A stretch of 64,000 nucleotides of DNA from contig OU015566.1 in the NCBI GenBank assembly GCA_907165135.1, forward strand, positions 5,766,001-5,830,000. Direction: 5' to 3'. A model generated the notes under the pieces. It did no database searches and was not told the DNA's origin. It saw only the letters and a list, made by a program, of their open reading frames with translations. Each line of letters opens with the position of its first letter. Position 1 is the first letter of the stretch. The stretch comes from Oikopleura dioica. Taxonomy: Eukaryota > Animalia > Chordata. This document shows, in pieces, positions 23,451 to 36,130 of the stretch. The position numbers and the translations under genes are program-made.

Positions 23451-24705
23451 CTTCGTTATAAATCTCTCTTTATCAAAAATCTACTCTTCCATGTCTCCAA
23501 AAATGCGGAATTCGAGCAAAAAAAGCTGACCGGTTCACACTTTCCTTGAGCACAAATAGGGGCTTGAGCTTTCGGAAACTTGGCTGAGTTTAATAATTGA
23601 ACAAAACGGACGAATCTCTCCTGCATTACGCACATATTTGCGAAACTGCGTTTTCAAACTGACGCGTGCCAGGCAAAAGTCAACAAATTTGCAACAGAAA
23701 ACTTCTTTCGAAAAGGCAAACAACTTTTTGATCTTATAAACACTCAATAATGAGTCTCCTCCTTGGAATTAAAGCTTCTTCGTTAATCAAGTACTGAGCT
23801 CAACATCCTGTGTAGAAAACCTGTGTCAGGGTCTGAAATATTTTAAATGAAAAGCCGCTTAGCCGAGAAGCGATTTTGATATCAAATATTTTTGAGAAAA
23901 AATTTAAATTTTGAGTTTTTTTTAATAGAAAAATGCTTTTAAAAATTTCTGATTGTGATTTTTGAACTGTTAATTTTTTGTGATTTTTTTTGTCAAGAAT
24001 TTTTTTTTTGAAAAGTTCTGAGAAAGCAATTTTCATAATTTTTTTGAAAGATTGATGAATCTGGAAGCCTGTGAAAATGCTTTAATCGTTCATATAATTG
24101 CCAATATAATTTCCGCATATATTTGCAGATCATTGCAGATTAATTAAAGGGCCGTAAAAGCGCAAGTCGGATGACGCAGCTGATTTTTTGGAACATTAAA
24201 ATTTCTTAAAATTTACGGTTTTTTTTTCAGACTGGCGGAGTCAGCAGAAACTGTGAAATTTTCACGAAAAAAAAGCGCTGGCGGTATCGATTTTTAATCA
24301 CTTGGCGGCGCGTGAAATTCAAGTTTTTGTTCATTAAATTTCACACGATGCCTAGGGTACTTTCGATTTTTGCGAGAAAGTAAATACGCTCAGGAACATC
24401 AATTGATCATAAAAAAGAAGGAGGGAAATGGTGTGAAAAATGAGTATGTTTGAGCTGCGCCAAGGGTTGCGTTTGATGGTTATCGGGAAAAGCGATCGCT
24501 GTAAACCGGTAAAACGCTTGTAAATCTCGAGTCTGACCTGGTTCCCAGTATTAAACCTTGGCAACTGGGTCGGCGGGGCCATCTGCGAAGGATAATAAAG
24601 AAGAGTAGATAAGCCAGGAGAGAATTTCTCGAGGAAAACAATCAAAATATTGAGAAATATAATATTTCAAATATTTAAACCTAAAACAACTTGAGATTCA
24701 AATTG

Positions 24706-24870
24706 TCAGCTCCGCTCATCTCAGCTCAGATTGAGCCAATCGAGCCTCTAAGCTCAGGAAAACCTAACCCTAACCCTAGCCCAACTTGAGCTTCAAATTG
24801 TAAGCTCCGCTCAGCTCAGTTTGAGCCTATTAGCTAAGTATACCCTTAGTAACCCTAACCCTAACCCTAA
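24706..24870. repeat. Tandem ~80-bp units with AGCTC pentamers and (CCCTAA)n
   Basis: tcaaattgt(c/a)agctccgctca..gagcct..aaccctaaccctaa occurs twice. Related CAGCT arrays lie at ~25795-25830 and 47036-47172. Confidence 0.75.
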
Positions 24871-26296
24871 GCTTGTTTCTCATCTTTTTCATCTTTCCCT
24901 CGTTTTTTTTTGTTTATTTCATCAATAAAAAAGTCTTAAGAAAAAGTGCCAGAAACACAGTGTTTCCCTTAGCAGACAGACTCGCAAGTCCTTATCCTTC
25001 ATTAAGGCATTTGCAATAAACAAGTCCTCGACCAAAATCGATGTTGTCCTTTCTTTCTTTGCTCCATTTGGTGTTTGATGCAAGTGACGAGGCGGCGGAG
25101 CGGAAACTCTTCAATCAAGCGCCGAAAATAGCGGCGTTCTGAAGCTGATCGCAGAATATACAAATATGAGTCAGAAATACCAATCTGACAAAGATTCATC
25201 TTCGGATGTGTTCTTCTTTCCGGCTTTGAGCGGGTAAACTGACAAGTGTGATGTAAATCGTAAAATATGGGTTGAAAAAACAGGTGTTTTCCTTAATTTT
25301 TCACTAGAATTGGTCATTTTTGGCCCTAATTTTTGATAAAACCAAGAAATTTGGGGCCAATAATTTCAATTTTCGAAAAATATTTTTCGATAAAATTCCC
25401 TGTATCGACCGATTTCCTCTTGACCCAAATCACCGTCCCTAAAAAAATGACATAAGGTTCTTCTTAATCATCCCCTGCTAAAAACCCCTCCAGACAAGTC
25501 TGCAAGCACCATTTTTTCGTGTATTGAGCCCCTACGGAGCTCTGCTTGACAATTATTTTCATCCCTTGCGCACACAATTATGTCAGACTAACAACAATGG
25601 GCGACGACTTGTTTTTCCAAAGGACTCGAACAGGGGATAACAAGAATGATTATCGAATAGAGTACAATGGTACCAATCAGGTGCGTGGGTACTTCAGCAG
25701 GATTTAAAAATAAGTGGGAAAAACATGTGAAAAAAGAACAGAATCCCGAACGAAGTAAAGGCTGATCTGTCAAAAATCTTGGCTCATGTGATCTGAGCGA
25801 GCTAGAATTGAGCTGAGCTGACTTTTGAGCCCCCTGAACTTTTGATCTGTTCATTTTTCCTCATATTTTCCTCAGAAAAAGTCGAAAATTCTGTTTTCTT
25901 CCTTGATTTCAAAAAGCGAAAAGAGATATTTAAGACCTATTTTCTTTCTAACCCTAACCCTACGTTGGAGTATCTTTTCATGAGTCTTTAAAGAAGAAGA
26001 TACTCATCCCTTTTTGTTTGCCCAATAAAAGCCTACTAACTCTACTCGAGCTCCAAAAGAAACATCCTCCCTGTCAATTTTCTCTCCCCGCGCGACTCTC
26101 CAAATTTCCGCTACGCGGGAGGTCATTGTCGATAAATAAAAGAGAGAGAGGATGAAAATTTGAGCAAAGAAACGACAGCGCCACGCAGCGGAAAATTTCC
26201 GCGCTGCGCCCTTTATAAGCTTTTCTGACGGCGGGTCACTCAAACTCTCCCATTTTTATCGAGATCCAAATCAGAGAAAAAGAAAAAAAATTGGGG

Positions 26297-29200
26297 ATGA
26301 AAATTTTGCATTTTTTCGTTTTTACGCTGCTTCAGCCCGCAGAGACTAAGAGACACGGGAAGAAAAGAAAACACAAAGAAACAGAGGTAAGAGAAAAGTT
26401 TCAAAGAAAAGGGTTAATTTTACAAAAAAATCTCTAAAAATTTTTACATATTTGGCAAAAAAGTTTTTGAAGCATATTTTTAAGCAATTTTTGTATTCAA
26501 TTTTAGACAAAATAGACAAAAAATTTTGCCCAAAAATACCCTTTTTCATCTTCTTTGATTGAAAAATGGCCATAATTTTGGGAAAAAGATAAATTTCAGA
26601 GCAACAAAATCCCGAAATTCATTAAAATCTCCCTTTTCCAGCAACCTTTCAAAATTTATAAGCTTATTTTAGCCAATTTGGTGTAGTTGCGGCGTCCGAA
26701 TCATCCACGCTTCTCCCTTTGGTTCTCCCTCCCACTTCGCTGGCGCCGAGTTTCCATGCTCAGAACCATCCCTTCTTTCTCCAGACCGACCAGAAGACGA
26801 GCCCTACAAAGAATTCAACTCGACGCACTGCCTTTCGCTCTCCGGAAGCTGCTTCAGAACCGTTCGTTTCGTTCGAAAAAGCCACGTCCCCGACTTTTCC
26901 CGCAGCACCGACGAGAGCGACTACCATGTTCACAAGAAAGCGTACGGCTGCGTTCCTGATGATTTCTTCGCGAAAATGACCAAGTGCCACAGCAAAGCGA
27001 GCGTTTTGACGGAAAGCGCGTGCTGCGAAGGGAACAATTGCAACGCAGAAGAATCGCTCGGGCCCACTGGAGCTGAACAGCGAGCTCAGGCAAGGGTTGA
27101 ATCTCAAGTGCCCTTTTTATTCATAAATACCGATTATCGCTGAAAATCAGATTTCCCCCCACTCCAAAAATGGATAATGGTATATAATAATCAATGCTAT
27201 TCAATACTCAAAATCATGGAAGAGAAAATAAGGGTATCTCTCTGCAAACTTTTTTATGAAAATTTGCTAATGTAATTTCCTTTTTTAAATAATAAATTTC
27301 GTAATTATTAATTAAGAAATTTAATTAACAAATTTTCATAAAAAAGTTTGCAGAGAGATACCCTTATTTTCTCTTCCATGATTTTTTGTATTGAACTAGA
27401 TCTTAAACATCAAATTGATGGATAGCCCGCCCGTTAATAACAGTACTAATTCCTAATCCCGACGTGTGGGATGCTTAAAAATACACTTGCCAAATCCGTC
27501 ACGAAATAGGGCGATAAGCTACAGTAGATAAATATACACTTCTTTCGCTTTCCCCTTTACTTGACACTTTTTCTTTTTCTATTTTGAAAAATTGAAATGT
27601 TCAACCTTGAAAAAGATGCGTTTGCGGCAAATGTACATGATTTCTGGCGGCATTGTGCTCGGCGTCGTGCTCATGCTGATGGTTCTGCTGATAATGCTCT
27701 GGAAGCCGATAAGCAGGAAGATCTGCACTCAAGTGAAATACTACAATTACTGCCAATGGTCCCTGAAAGGTCAAAATGCTGCTCAGCCCGACCCAGAAAA
27801 CCAGAAACAAATCGTCGTTGGAGGAAAAACTTGGACGCCTGATCAAAAACATGAAATTGTCAGAAGAGATTCGAACAGAAGCGACTCTGGAATACAGTCA
27901 GAGCCAAGCCCTAACACTACTGTATCGGTAAGATATTTAATTCTTCAGTCATACTCTCAATTTACAGTAGAGCCCTATTAAAAGACCACCCTAAAAGCCG
28001 AAAAATCTCCATTTTAATTCACACTTTTGATTTGACTTAGATTTTTCTTCATGGTTTCGTCAAAAAATCGACTTTTTGTAAGTCAAGATTTTCGACAGCT
28101 TGATGAGAGAAAATCGGCTATTAACACCTTCTTCTTCTTTCATTCAACCGAAATTAATCCGAATTTTCAGGTCGTGCCCTTGGACTTTTCAGAGAATTCG
28201 GGCTCAGGTGCAGGTCCGGCCAACCTCGTTCAGCGCACGATTTCACGCCAGATAACCCTTTTGGAGATCAAAGGAAAGGGCAGGTGCGTCACATGCTTCA
28301 GATGGAAAATTCTGAATAATGACCTAGAATTCGTGCGATTTTTTTAATTCATCATTTCAGGTACGGAGAAGTGTATCACGGCCGGTGGCAAGGAACAGAT
28401 GTCGCGGTCAAGAAGTTCTACTCCTGGGACGATATTTCTTGGGCCAGAGAATGCAGCGTAAGTTTTCATTCGTTTTTTTTCCCACAGGAAGAAAGACCCT
28501 CAATTAACCCAAAAATTAGATCTATACGACCTCGATGCTCCGCCACAGCAATATTCTTGGCTTCGTCGCCGCCGACAATAAAGGTAGAAAAACTCCCCCT
28601 AATTCCCCATTTCCTTTAATAAAATTTTTAAGACAACGGTCACACGACTGAGCTTTGGCTGATCACCGACTACCACCACAACGGATCGTTGTTCGACTAT
28701 CTTCATTCGCATGTTTTGACGATGGAGCAGTGCATGACCATGATTTTCTCAGCGATCTCGGGGCTGGAATTTCTACACAAGGAGATCTTCGGAACTCGTG
28801 GGAAGTGTGCCATCGCGCACCGGGATATCAAGAGGTAGGATATTTGTTTTCACTTTCGCCGAAATTTCCAAGATTCAAATCAAAAGCAAAAGTACTTTTG
28901 AAGCAAAATGATTTATTAGTCTCAAACTTTCTTTCAGCAAGAACATTCTGGTCAAATCAAACGGCGAATGCGTAATCGGCGATCTCGGCCTCGCGATCCG
29001 CTACGACTCCAAAACTCACCAGCTCGACCTTCCAACTTTCACCTCCGACCCAATCGTCGTGGGAACAAAGCGCTACCTCGCTCCAGAAATCATCACTCGA
29101 ACTTTGAATCCTGAAAATTTCAGCGCTTACGCCCGTGCGGATATTTACGGATTGGGACTGGTCTTCTGGGAGATTATTTCAAGAACAAGGCTTTTCGAAA

Positions 29201-29492
29201 ACCACGACGTTGCTCCTTACAAGCTGCCTTTTGAAGACCAAGTTCCAGGAGACCCGACGCTTTCAGACATGAAAGCAGTCGTCGTTGATCGCGCTTATCG
29301 ACCTGTTTTCAGCAGCGCTCTAGGTAAACGGTTTTTCTGCCTCTTACAGTGATTAACAGAGGCTTTTCAGAAACGCACACGATCGGACGAGACCTAATGC
29401 GCTTAGTCGAAGAGTGCTGGATGGAAAGCCCCGAAGCGCGACTGACGCCAATGAGGATACGTATGACGGCGCAGAAACTCATGAAGTTGTAA
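26297..29492 (+). CDS. TGF-beta/activin type I receptor Ser/Thr kinase (ALK4/5/7-like)
   Basis: Signal [12 protein letters not shown], ectodomain ending [12 protein letters not shown] box [21 protein letters not shown]45 loop [13 protein letters not shown] (ALK5-type DNG), HRDIKSKN, DLGLA and GTKRYLAPE. Catalytic motifs are intact. Confidence 0.92.
27200..27395. mobile_element. Intronic MITE, ~195 bp
   Basis: Perfect 57-bp inverted repeat at 27210-27266 and 27329-27385, extended by ttcaatac/gtattgaa, with an AT-rich core. Confidence 0.85.
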
Positions 29493-30305
29493 ATTTTAAT
29501 TTTGACTACTGTAGAAATTGCACCCAAATTCCTGTTACTTACTGACACGCTTTAAAATTTGCACATTGAATAAACAAAGATATTTTTTTATTAATTTTTT
29601 TTTTAAAAAGTCTTCTTTTTTCTTTGATTTTTGAAATTTTTTATGATTCAAAATCGAGAGATCGTCCAGTCAAATCTTCAATTGTCGTTTGAACTTCTAT
29701 CGAGGAAGAAACGGAACTGACGCATTTCTGACCAAGAAGAGGCTTTTTAGGGACTTTTAATTTCGCTTCGGCCGGAAATTCTAGTGCGGCAAAAAGCCAC
29801 TTCCTGAAGTTTGAGGGACGGAAGCCGGGTCACTTTTCTAGGCGCAAATCGGTCTAGATTGTTGACGTTTCCCGCTGGCATGTCGCAGCTGATTTCGTAC
29901 GAAGGAGTGTATGAAGGGAGAGCAAGTTGCTTTTATCAGTGAAAAGGAATTGAGGAAAGATTTAAGTACCTGGGAGTAAATTTCTTTGTCGGGAATGCCT
30001 TCTTTCGGGACGTAAGAAAGAACTTGGTAATTTCTCTGGCAAATGGTGACGAAGGAAAGAAATTTGTCAAGGGATTCGTTTTTCTGTTTTCTCTGCCTCG
30101 ACATTTTATTGAATAAAAGAAGGAAAGTACAGAGGAATTTAAATGCACTCTATTGATTGATCTTCTATCGCGCTCTTCAAGATGAGTGGGATAAAATTGT
30201 CTGCTGGATTTCTAACTATTGATTATTAGGTAGAAAAAAATGTTTTATGTCACAACTTATGCAACACAACTTATGTAACACAAAAATCCGGAGAGACATT
30301 CAAAA

Positions 30306-33300
30306 ATGTCAGAGCAAATCAGCAAGACTGACAGATTCTCCCGTTTCAAGCTCCCAAGCGTGCTCATTCTTCCGAAGAAAAACTACTGTAAATGATTTTT
30401 GAAAGAGAGAACGAGCCGATTCAAAAAGCGATTTTAAAAACAAGAGTCAGGGTAATAAAAAACAGCTTTAATTTTTTCTGAAAGTTTAATTTTTTAATAG
30501 TGTCTCGACTGCGACTGCATCGGCGTCTTGAGAAAAAAGGGAAAAGAGGTTTACTTGTTCAGCGACGAGATTTTGGCCACTCGAAGCATTCACACTCAAG
30601 AAGCAGATTTGAAAAAGGAAAAGACATGGAAGAGAAAGGTCAGCAACAAGTTTAGCTTCAAGCGACACGGATTTTCCACCATGCGACAAAAGTTGACATA
30701 TCTTGGAAGCGGCTCTCTTTTTGGATGACGATTGTGCTCGTTGCGAATTTGATCTCACTTGAGAAGTCCCGAGACGTGGCGACTTACTTGACTTCGACTT
30801 GTCATCGAAGCTACAAGAAATGCGTCAAAACCGAAACGATGGATTTATGCGGACATCTGATGAAGCAATGCTTTCAAACGAAGGAATTTGTCGACCCTGA
30901 GCAAGTTTCCAAAATCAAAGCCAAAAAGGTCAAAGCTGTCAAATTCAATCAAGAAGAAAACGAAGTGAATTTGCTCCGCTGCCAGAAGAAACAGTTCTAC
31001 GACCAAAAAATCTGCCGCCATCTTTGTTCGACGACGCTTATTTTGCAAGCAAAAGGAAGACGCCCCTCAATGTCGCCATGCGAGTCGATTTGCTTTGAGC
31101 TGACTAGATCGTTTGATTCCGCAGGAAAAGTTTGCCCGACTCAGAAATGTTGTCCGAAAGGCTGCCCTTGTCCTTTTTACCAGTGCGAGAAACTCGAGTT
31201 GCGACAGAAGTTGATTCCTCTTTTCGATTTGGGAGGAAAATCAGCAGCGACATCGACTTCTCTAAATCTAGCGTTGACTGATTCAAACGGGGATGTGGAG
31301 TCAATAACTGGTCGATGGGACGATCGAGCTGAGACTGAAAATCGTCAGTTTCCAATTATTCTTTCTGAGTTCGGCCGACTTGCGGATTCAACGAAAGTAA
31401 ATGCTTCGACATCAATGTTTTCTTATGATTGTTTCTCAATTAGTTACCTAATTACGAAAAGTATACAAGCGGAAATGAAACTAGACAAGTCAACTGGGTC
31501 CACTTTTCTCGACGGCGAGCACTACTTGGTCGATGCAATTGGAAACTTGATGAAAATTAACGAAGATGGTTTCGCTTCAGTTTTCATTCCAAATGGCATC
31601 CAAAACAGAGGAATGTAAGTTACGGTTTTTCCCGGCCTAAATCTTCTTCAACTTGTTTTAGAGGCTTTTTTGTTTTCCACTTTGGCTCGTCAATCGGGAC
31701 CCATCAAATTGAAATTCGCCGAAAAGAGAAAGATACAAAGATTTTTCCCGTAGTAGTAATCTGGAAGGGGTCGGAGCACGAGAAAAAACGTATTTTTAAT
31801 GAAACCTTTTTCGACCACGAAAAGCTCACCGACCGGGAGAGAGGAGAAGTGCTACTACTACGCGCCCGGCTACAACCTGAATCGCTTCGAGGAAGCACAA
31901 GGCTTCATCGCGAGCAAGCACTTCAACGCGAAAGTCTCTTCTATAAGCTTCAAAGGGGTCTTCTCGTTGATGAGTGTGCAGATGGGTGAAAACTGGATAA
32001 AGCTCTCGACAACTGTTGCTTTGAACAAGATCAGAAAAAGCGAAGAAATGGAAAAAGGATGGAAAAAGGACGAAATCGCGATTCCGGCTCAGTTCAGAGA
32101 TTTGAATCCTGTTCATGTGAGTCCGCTCATCGATGTTGGCAGAATGATGCTGATTCTGGTGACGAGGAGCATTGAACTCTCCAATACTCTCTACTCCGTC
32201 CAGGGTTCTTAGCTTTAATTTCGATACTTTGAGGTTAGGGTTAAGGTTAGGTTTGTGTAAGGTAGGGCTAACCCTAACCCTAAGCAATCCTAACCCTAAC
32301 CCTTATCCAGAGTCTGGACTCGGCAACAGGTATAGAAAACCTGAGTCAGGGTCTGTGAACTCGATAATGAAGAGCAGTTTACTGACTTTCAGACCCTGAC
32401 TTAGGCTTTCTATACAGGTTGCCGAGACCAGACTAAACTAGACTGAACTTCGAGAAAGAACCTTGACTCTGTTCTCTTGGAGGTTGAGGGAAAGTTACTG
32501 GTCATTGGCAAGGAGTGGATCGGCTCTCTTGTCAGATACGAAGAGAGGTCAGTCTGCTTCTCGAAGTTATTTTCCAATTACGACCCCAACTACACAGATC
32601 AAAGTGGAATCAACAACGACGAATGCGAGTACTTCGGCAACGGAATCAGCAGCAATGAAAAGATTTACATCCAGAACTACGTTTTTGATTCAGTGTTTGA
32701 AATTGTTCTCAATTTCGAAACGATAGAACTCGAAATCATACAACGGAGAACTGGCAAGAAAATGCACGTAACAAGCAATCCCTATTTCGCTTTCCACGAC
32801 GATATCTTCCCTGCTTTCGCGAAGAACGCTGCTTCCCAGCGACAATTCCCTCGCCCAAGTTTCTACTACAAAACGATCATTCCGGACAATGAGTTTTCCT
32901 GCCTCGAAGAAATCAGTCACATCTCAACAATTGAAATGCAACTCAACGGAACAGAAAAATTCGACCTCAGCATCAATTTCGAAGAGTGCGGCTCGGAAGA
33001 CGAGAAAATTCTTGAAGCCAAGTTTCTTGATGAAACAGCTCTTTTTTCCTTTGGCATTTCGGAGAAAAACTTTCTTTTGATTGAATCTGATTATTTTCAA
33101 AAACGACGGATTTTACAATCTCGTTTGTCCGAGAAGACTGAATTGGGACTGTATTTCCATTCGAGCCACTCCTCGAACTCATCTTATTTGGAATTTTTTC
33201 AGGCAAAGTTTTATTGATTAGCTTCTCTTTGAGCGTTTTTTTTTCTTTTCTTTTGAGCTTGAGGAGAATGGGAGGAGAATATCAAGAATCGAGATGGATC

Positions 33301-34539
33301 CGCTTCAGAATTCGGAAAAAAAGAAATTGAACATTTTTAAATATGACCGGCGCTCGAAGATCAGCAACTTCATTTACTCGCCGGACAAATCGACCAAGAT
33401 TAATGTTATATTGCCAAGAGAACCAGGGAGTTCATACTCAAAGCGAAGTATTCCGCCCTATTCTTTGTCCCCTTCTGGAATCGATGATGTTTTCTTCAAC
33501 GCTCCAACCGCTTATGAAAACTTGCGCAAATCTCTGTCTCAATATATTGAAGGCTCTCAGCAAGCGCTGATTAATGGTCAAGTCCATATCTTTGGTGGCG
33601 AAACGGATCCCTTCAAAGTAACTTCAAAATCATAAAGTCAACCTTTGAATTTTTTACAGATTGCACAGCTAGTCGGATGCCAATTTAGCGAGTTATCTTT
33701 GCGACTTTCTTCGAGATTTCTTCATGGTCATTCGGCGACTTCTTTTGACGGTGGCAGTCGAGGTCTGTTCCCTTATATAAATATACAGTGTGTTTTTCAA
33801 ATGGAATTTCTAGCGATCGTTTGCTTTGACACAAAAGATGAAATAAACTGCGAGTTATTCGATGGACTATTATTAACTTCAGCTTTTCCGACGAAAGAGG
33901 AACACTTGTGGGGCGGATTGGACATTTACCAGGGCCGCCCAACTGCGATCGGGGGGAGAGGAGTCGAAGGATCGGTTGAAACTTTCACCGAGAAGGGTTG
34001 GATTCCACTTGCAAAGCACCCAAGGTAGCTGAGTCGAGCACAAAAAATAAACGAAAGGTTTAAGATCGATCATCGATTTCTCCACAGTCGGGCTGCCTTC
34101 AGGAAGTCTTTTGACAATCGGAGGGAGAGACATGGCCAAGGGTTTTTTCGGCTTAATAGGCGAGCAGATGGATGAAATTTGGAGACTTAGAAACAACGAG
34201 TGGTCTAAAATCGGCTTTCTTTTAAAAGTAAATACAAATTTGAATCGCAAAGAAGAAAAAATTTCAGACGATTTCTGCTTCATCAGCGATATTATTTGAA
34301 AAGTCAGTCTTTGTTTTTCCGGGCACGCTTGAAGCTGTGAATCGCAAGTTTCCGATTCAGAAGATCACCTTAGGTCAATGTTTCAAAACCTTCAAAATAA
34401 CGCAAAGAATCTATTTTATTTGGAACTTTTTGTAAAAGACTCGGAAGAAAATGTGCTTTTAGTAGATGTGATTGCTGAGCAAGAAGAAAGAACTTTGTTT
34501 CCGGTAGTTTTTGTTTCTCCTGTTGATTACTGTACTTAG
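30306..34539 (+). CDS. Cys-rich plus kelch-like beta-propeller protein, paralog A (multi-exon; 5' structure uncertain)
   Basis: ORFs 30528, 30725, 31799, 32477, 33294, 33645 and 34111. Motif CPTQKCCPKGCPCPFYQC; kelch-like GQVHIFGG, RPTAIGG and LLTIGG..IWRLRNNEW; C-terminus LFPVVFVSPVDYCT* (stop 34537-34539). Confidence 0.7.
32232..32304. repeat. Intronic head-to-head telomere-like repeats (TTAGGG)n..(CCCTAA)n
   Basis: ggttagggttaaggttagg followed by ctaaccctaaccctaagcaatcctaaccctaaccc, able to form a hairpin. Confidence 0.8.
32311..32434. mobile_element. Small MITE (~120 bp), ~45-bp TIRs
   Basis: gtctggactcggcaacaggtatagaaaacctgagtcagggtctg is near-perfectly inverted at 32390-32433. Related copy at 55639-55756 and half copy at 23795-23836. 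Confidence 0.8.
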
Positions 34540-36130
34540 TGGAAAGAAAGCGCCCGCAAAAATATTTATCAATTTATTTTCTCGGGTCTATGAAAATTTT
34601 TCTGACAAAAAATTGTTTTGAATTTTTGAAAAAAAGGATCGAGTTTTGGGAGTACCGAATTTCGGGTATAAAATTGACTAAAAAACACAAAAAAATGATT
34701 TCAAACTGTGCTTGATTTTGAAAGGACGTACATTTTCGATAACAGGGTTGCATGCAAGGTCATTCAACTTGAATTAGCCGATTCGCGCTGACAGATAGAG
34801 GTCGCAAACGTAGCAGTATTCATTATCTGACTCGCCGCTTGACATTGTTTTCAAAAACGATTTTTCAAAGACGGCTTCTTTCGTTATTTCTAACACCCTT
34901 CAACGGTTGATGAATTATTAGAAGTAACAAATATGTTAATTAGTAAGTAATTCTTACGATAGATAGAGAAATGGAAATTTTCTGTCACATACCTTTTCTG
35001 AAAATGCAAGAGTGCTGACGCAGGGCTCTTGCAAAGGAACTCATATTCAGCGAGAAAAATGCATTTGGTCATAATCAGCTCTTTGAGGAACAATTCGAAA
35101 GGAAGCGGAATGAGTGCTTCTCCAGGGAGACAACTTGTACGGCATACTTGAAAACCAAATGAATTTCCATCTGCAAGCGCACCCACGTTTCGTTGAATGA
35201 ACCAAATACTTCTTCGTTTGTTTTCAAAACGCCTTAAGACCTTAAAGCCAACAAGCTTTTGAGTTAAAAACTTCGAGGAAATCTCGGTCCCGAAATAAAA
35301 AAAAATTAATGAGGCGACAAACTTCTGAACGAGACGAGAAAAAAAACTTTATGTAGAAAAAACTCGTGCTCTAACGGGTTAATCTGGGCCTTTCCTTCAA
35401 ACAAGCGAAGTTATGATCATATCAAGCGTGTGCTCCTTATTCAAGATCTAGTTTGTTTCCAGATATGCGTCAGCTTAAAATTTTGAGGAGCTTGGCAACG
35501 CATAATTATGAAAGATATTTTATGAACTTTAGAAACCACGTCAAGGTTCCTTTATCTCGGCCAGTACATGTCATAATCAAAATTTTCTTATCAGTAAAGT
35601 CTCTATTTATAAATTCCGGAGAGAAAAAAGTCAAAATCCGTTCTTAATTGAAGCTTCTAATTTAGGGCATTTCTGAAAAATTCTTTTCCTTCATCCCTTA
35701 CCCATATAAGTTATATTATATAACTTATATGATATAACTAAGTCCCTGGCAGTCCCCAATAGGTACTCTCAGCTCCTAGCCCTAATCCCTGACGAAGAAT
35801 AGAGCTTAAAAGAGGAAACGGGCGCATCGATCGAGAAAACATCGTCGAAAACCCGGTTCCACCAATTCTTAGTTTCAGTAACTACGGAATCTAAGAAACC
35901 GAATGTAAACAACTCGATATTGCAAAAATTCAGTAAAATCTATATTTTATTTTCGGGCTCGACTAAGAAACTATGATCCGTTTTCCCCAAATTTATACTT
36001 GAAAAAGTATTCTATAAAAATTAAAAATGTAAATAAAGATAGTAAATTTTTAATAGAAAATACTTTACAATTTATTTAGTTGATCAAATTAGTTATTTTT
36101 TGATTGCACAAATCATCATATTACACCAAG

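Noticed and set aside
24352-26243. Scattered minus-strand ORFs suggesting a small multi-exon gene
   Set aside because: I could not build an in-frame spliced model or recognise a family; a gene may exist but is not supportable here.
29838-30148. Two overlapping minus-strand ORFs
   Set aside because: No domain similarity, start context or splice support.
34890-35260. Open minus-strand frame (GFKVLRRFENKRRSIWF..)
   Set aside because: Possibly an exon, but I found no identifiable product or partner exons.
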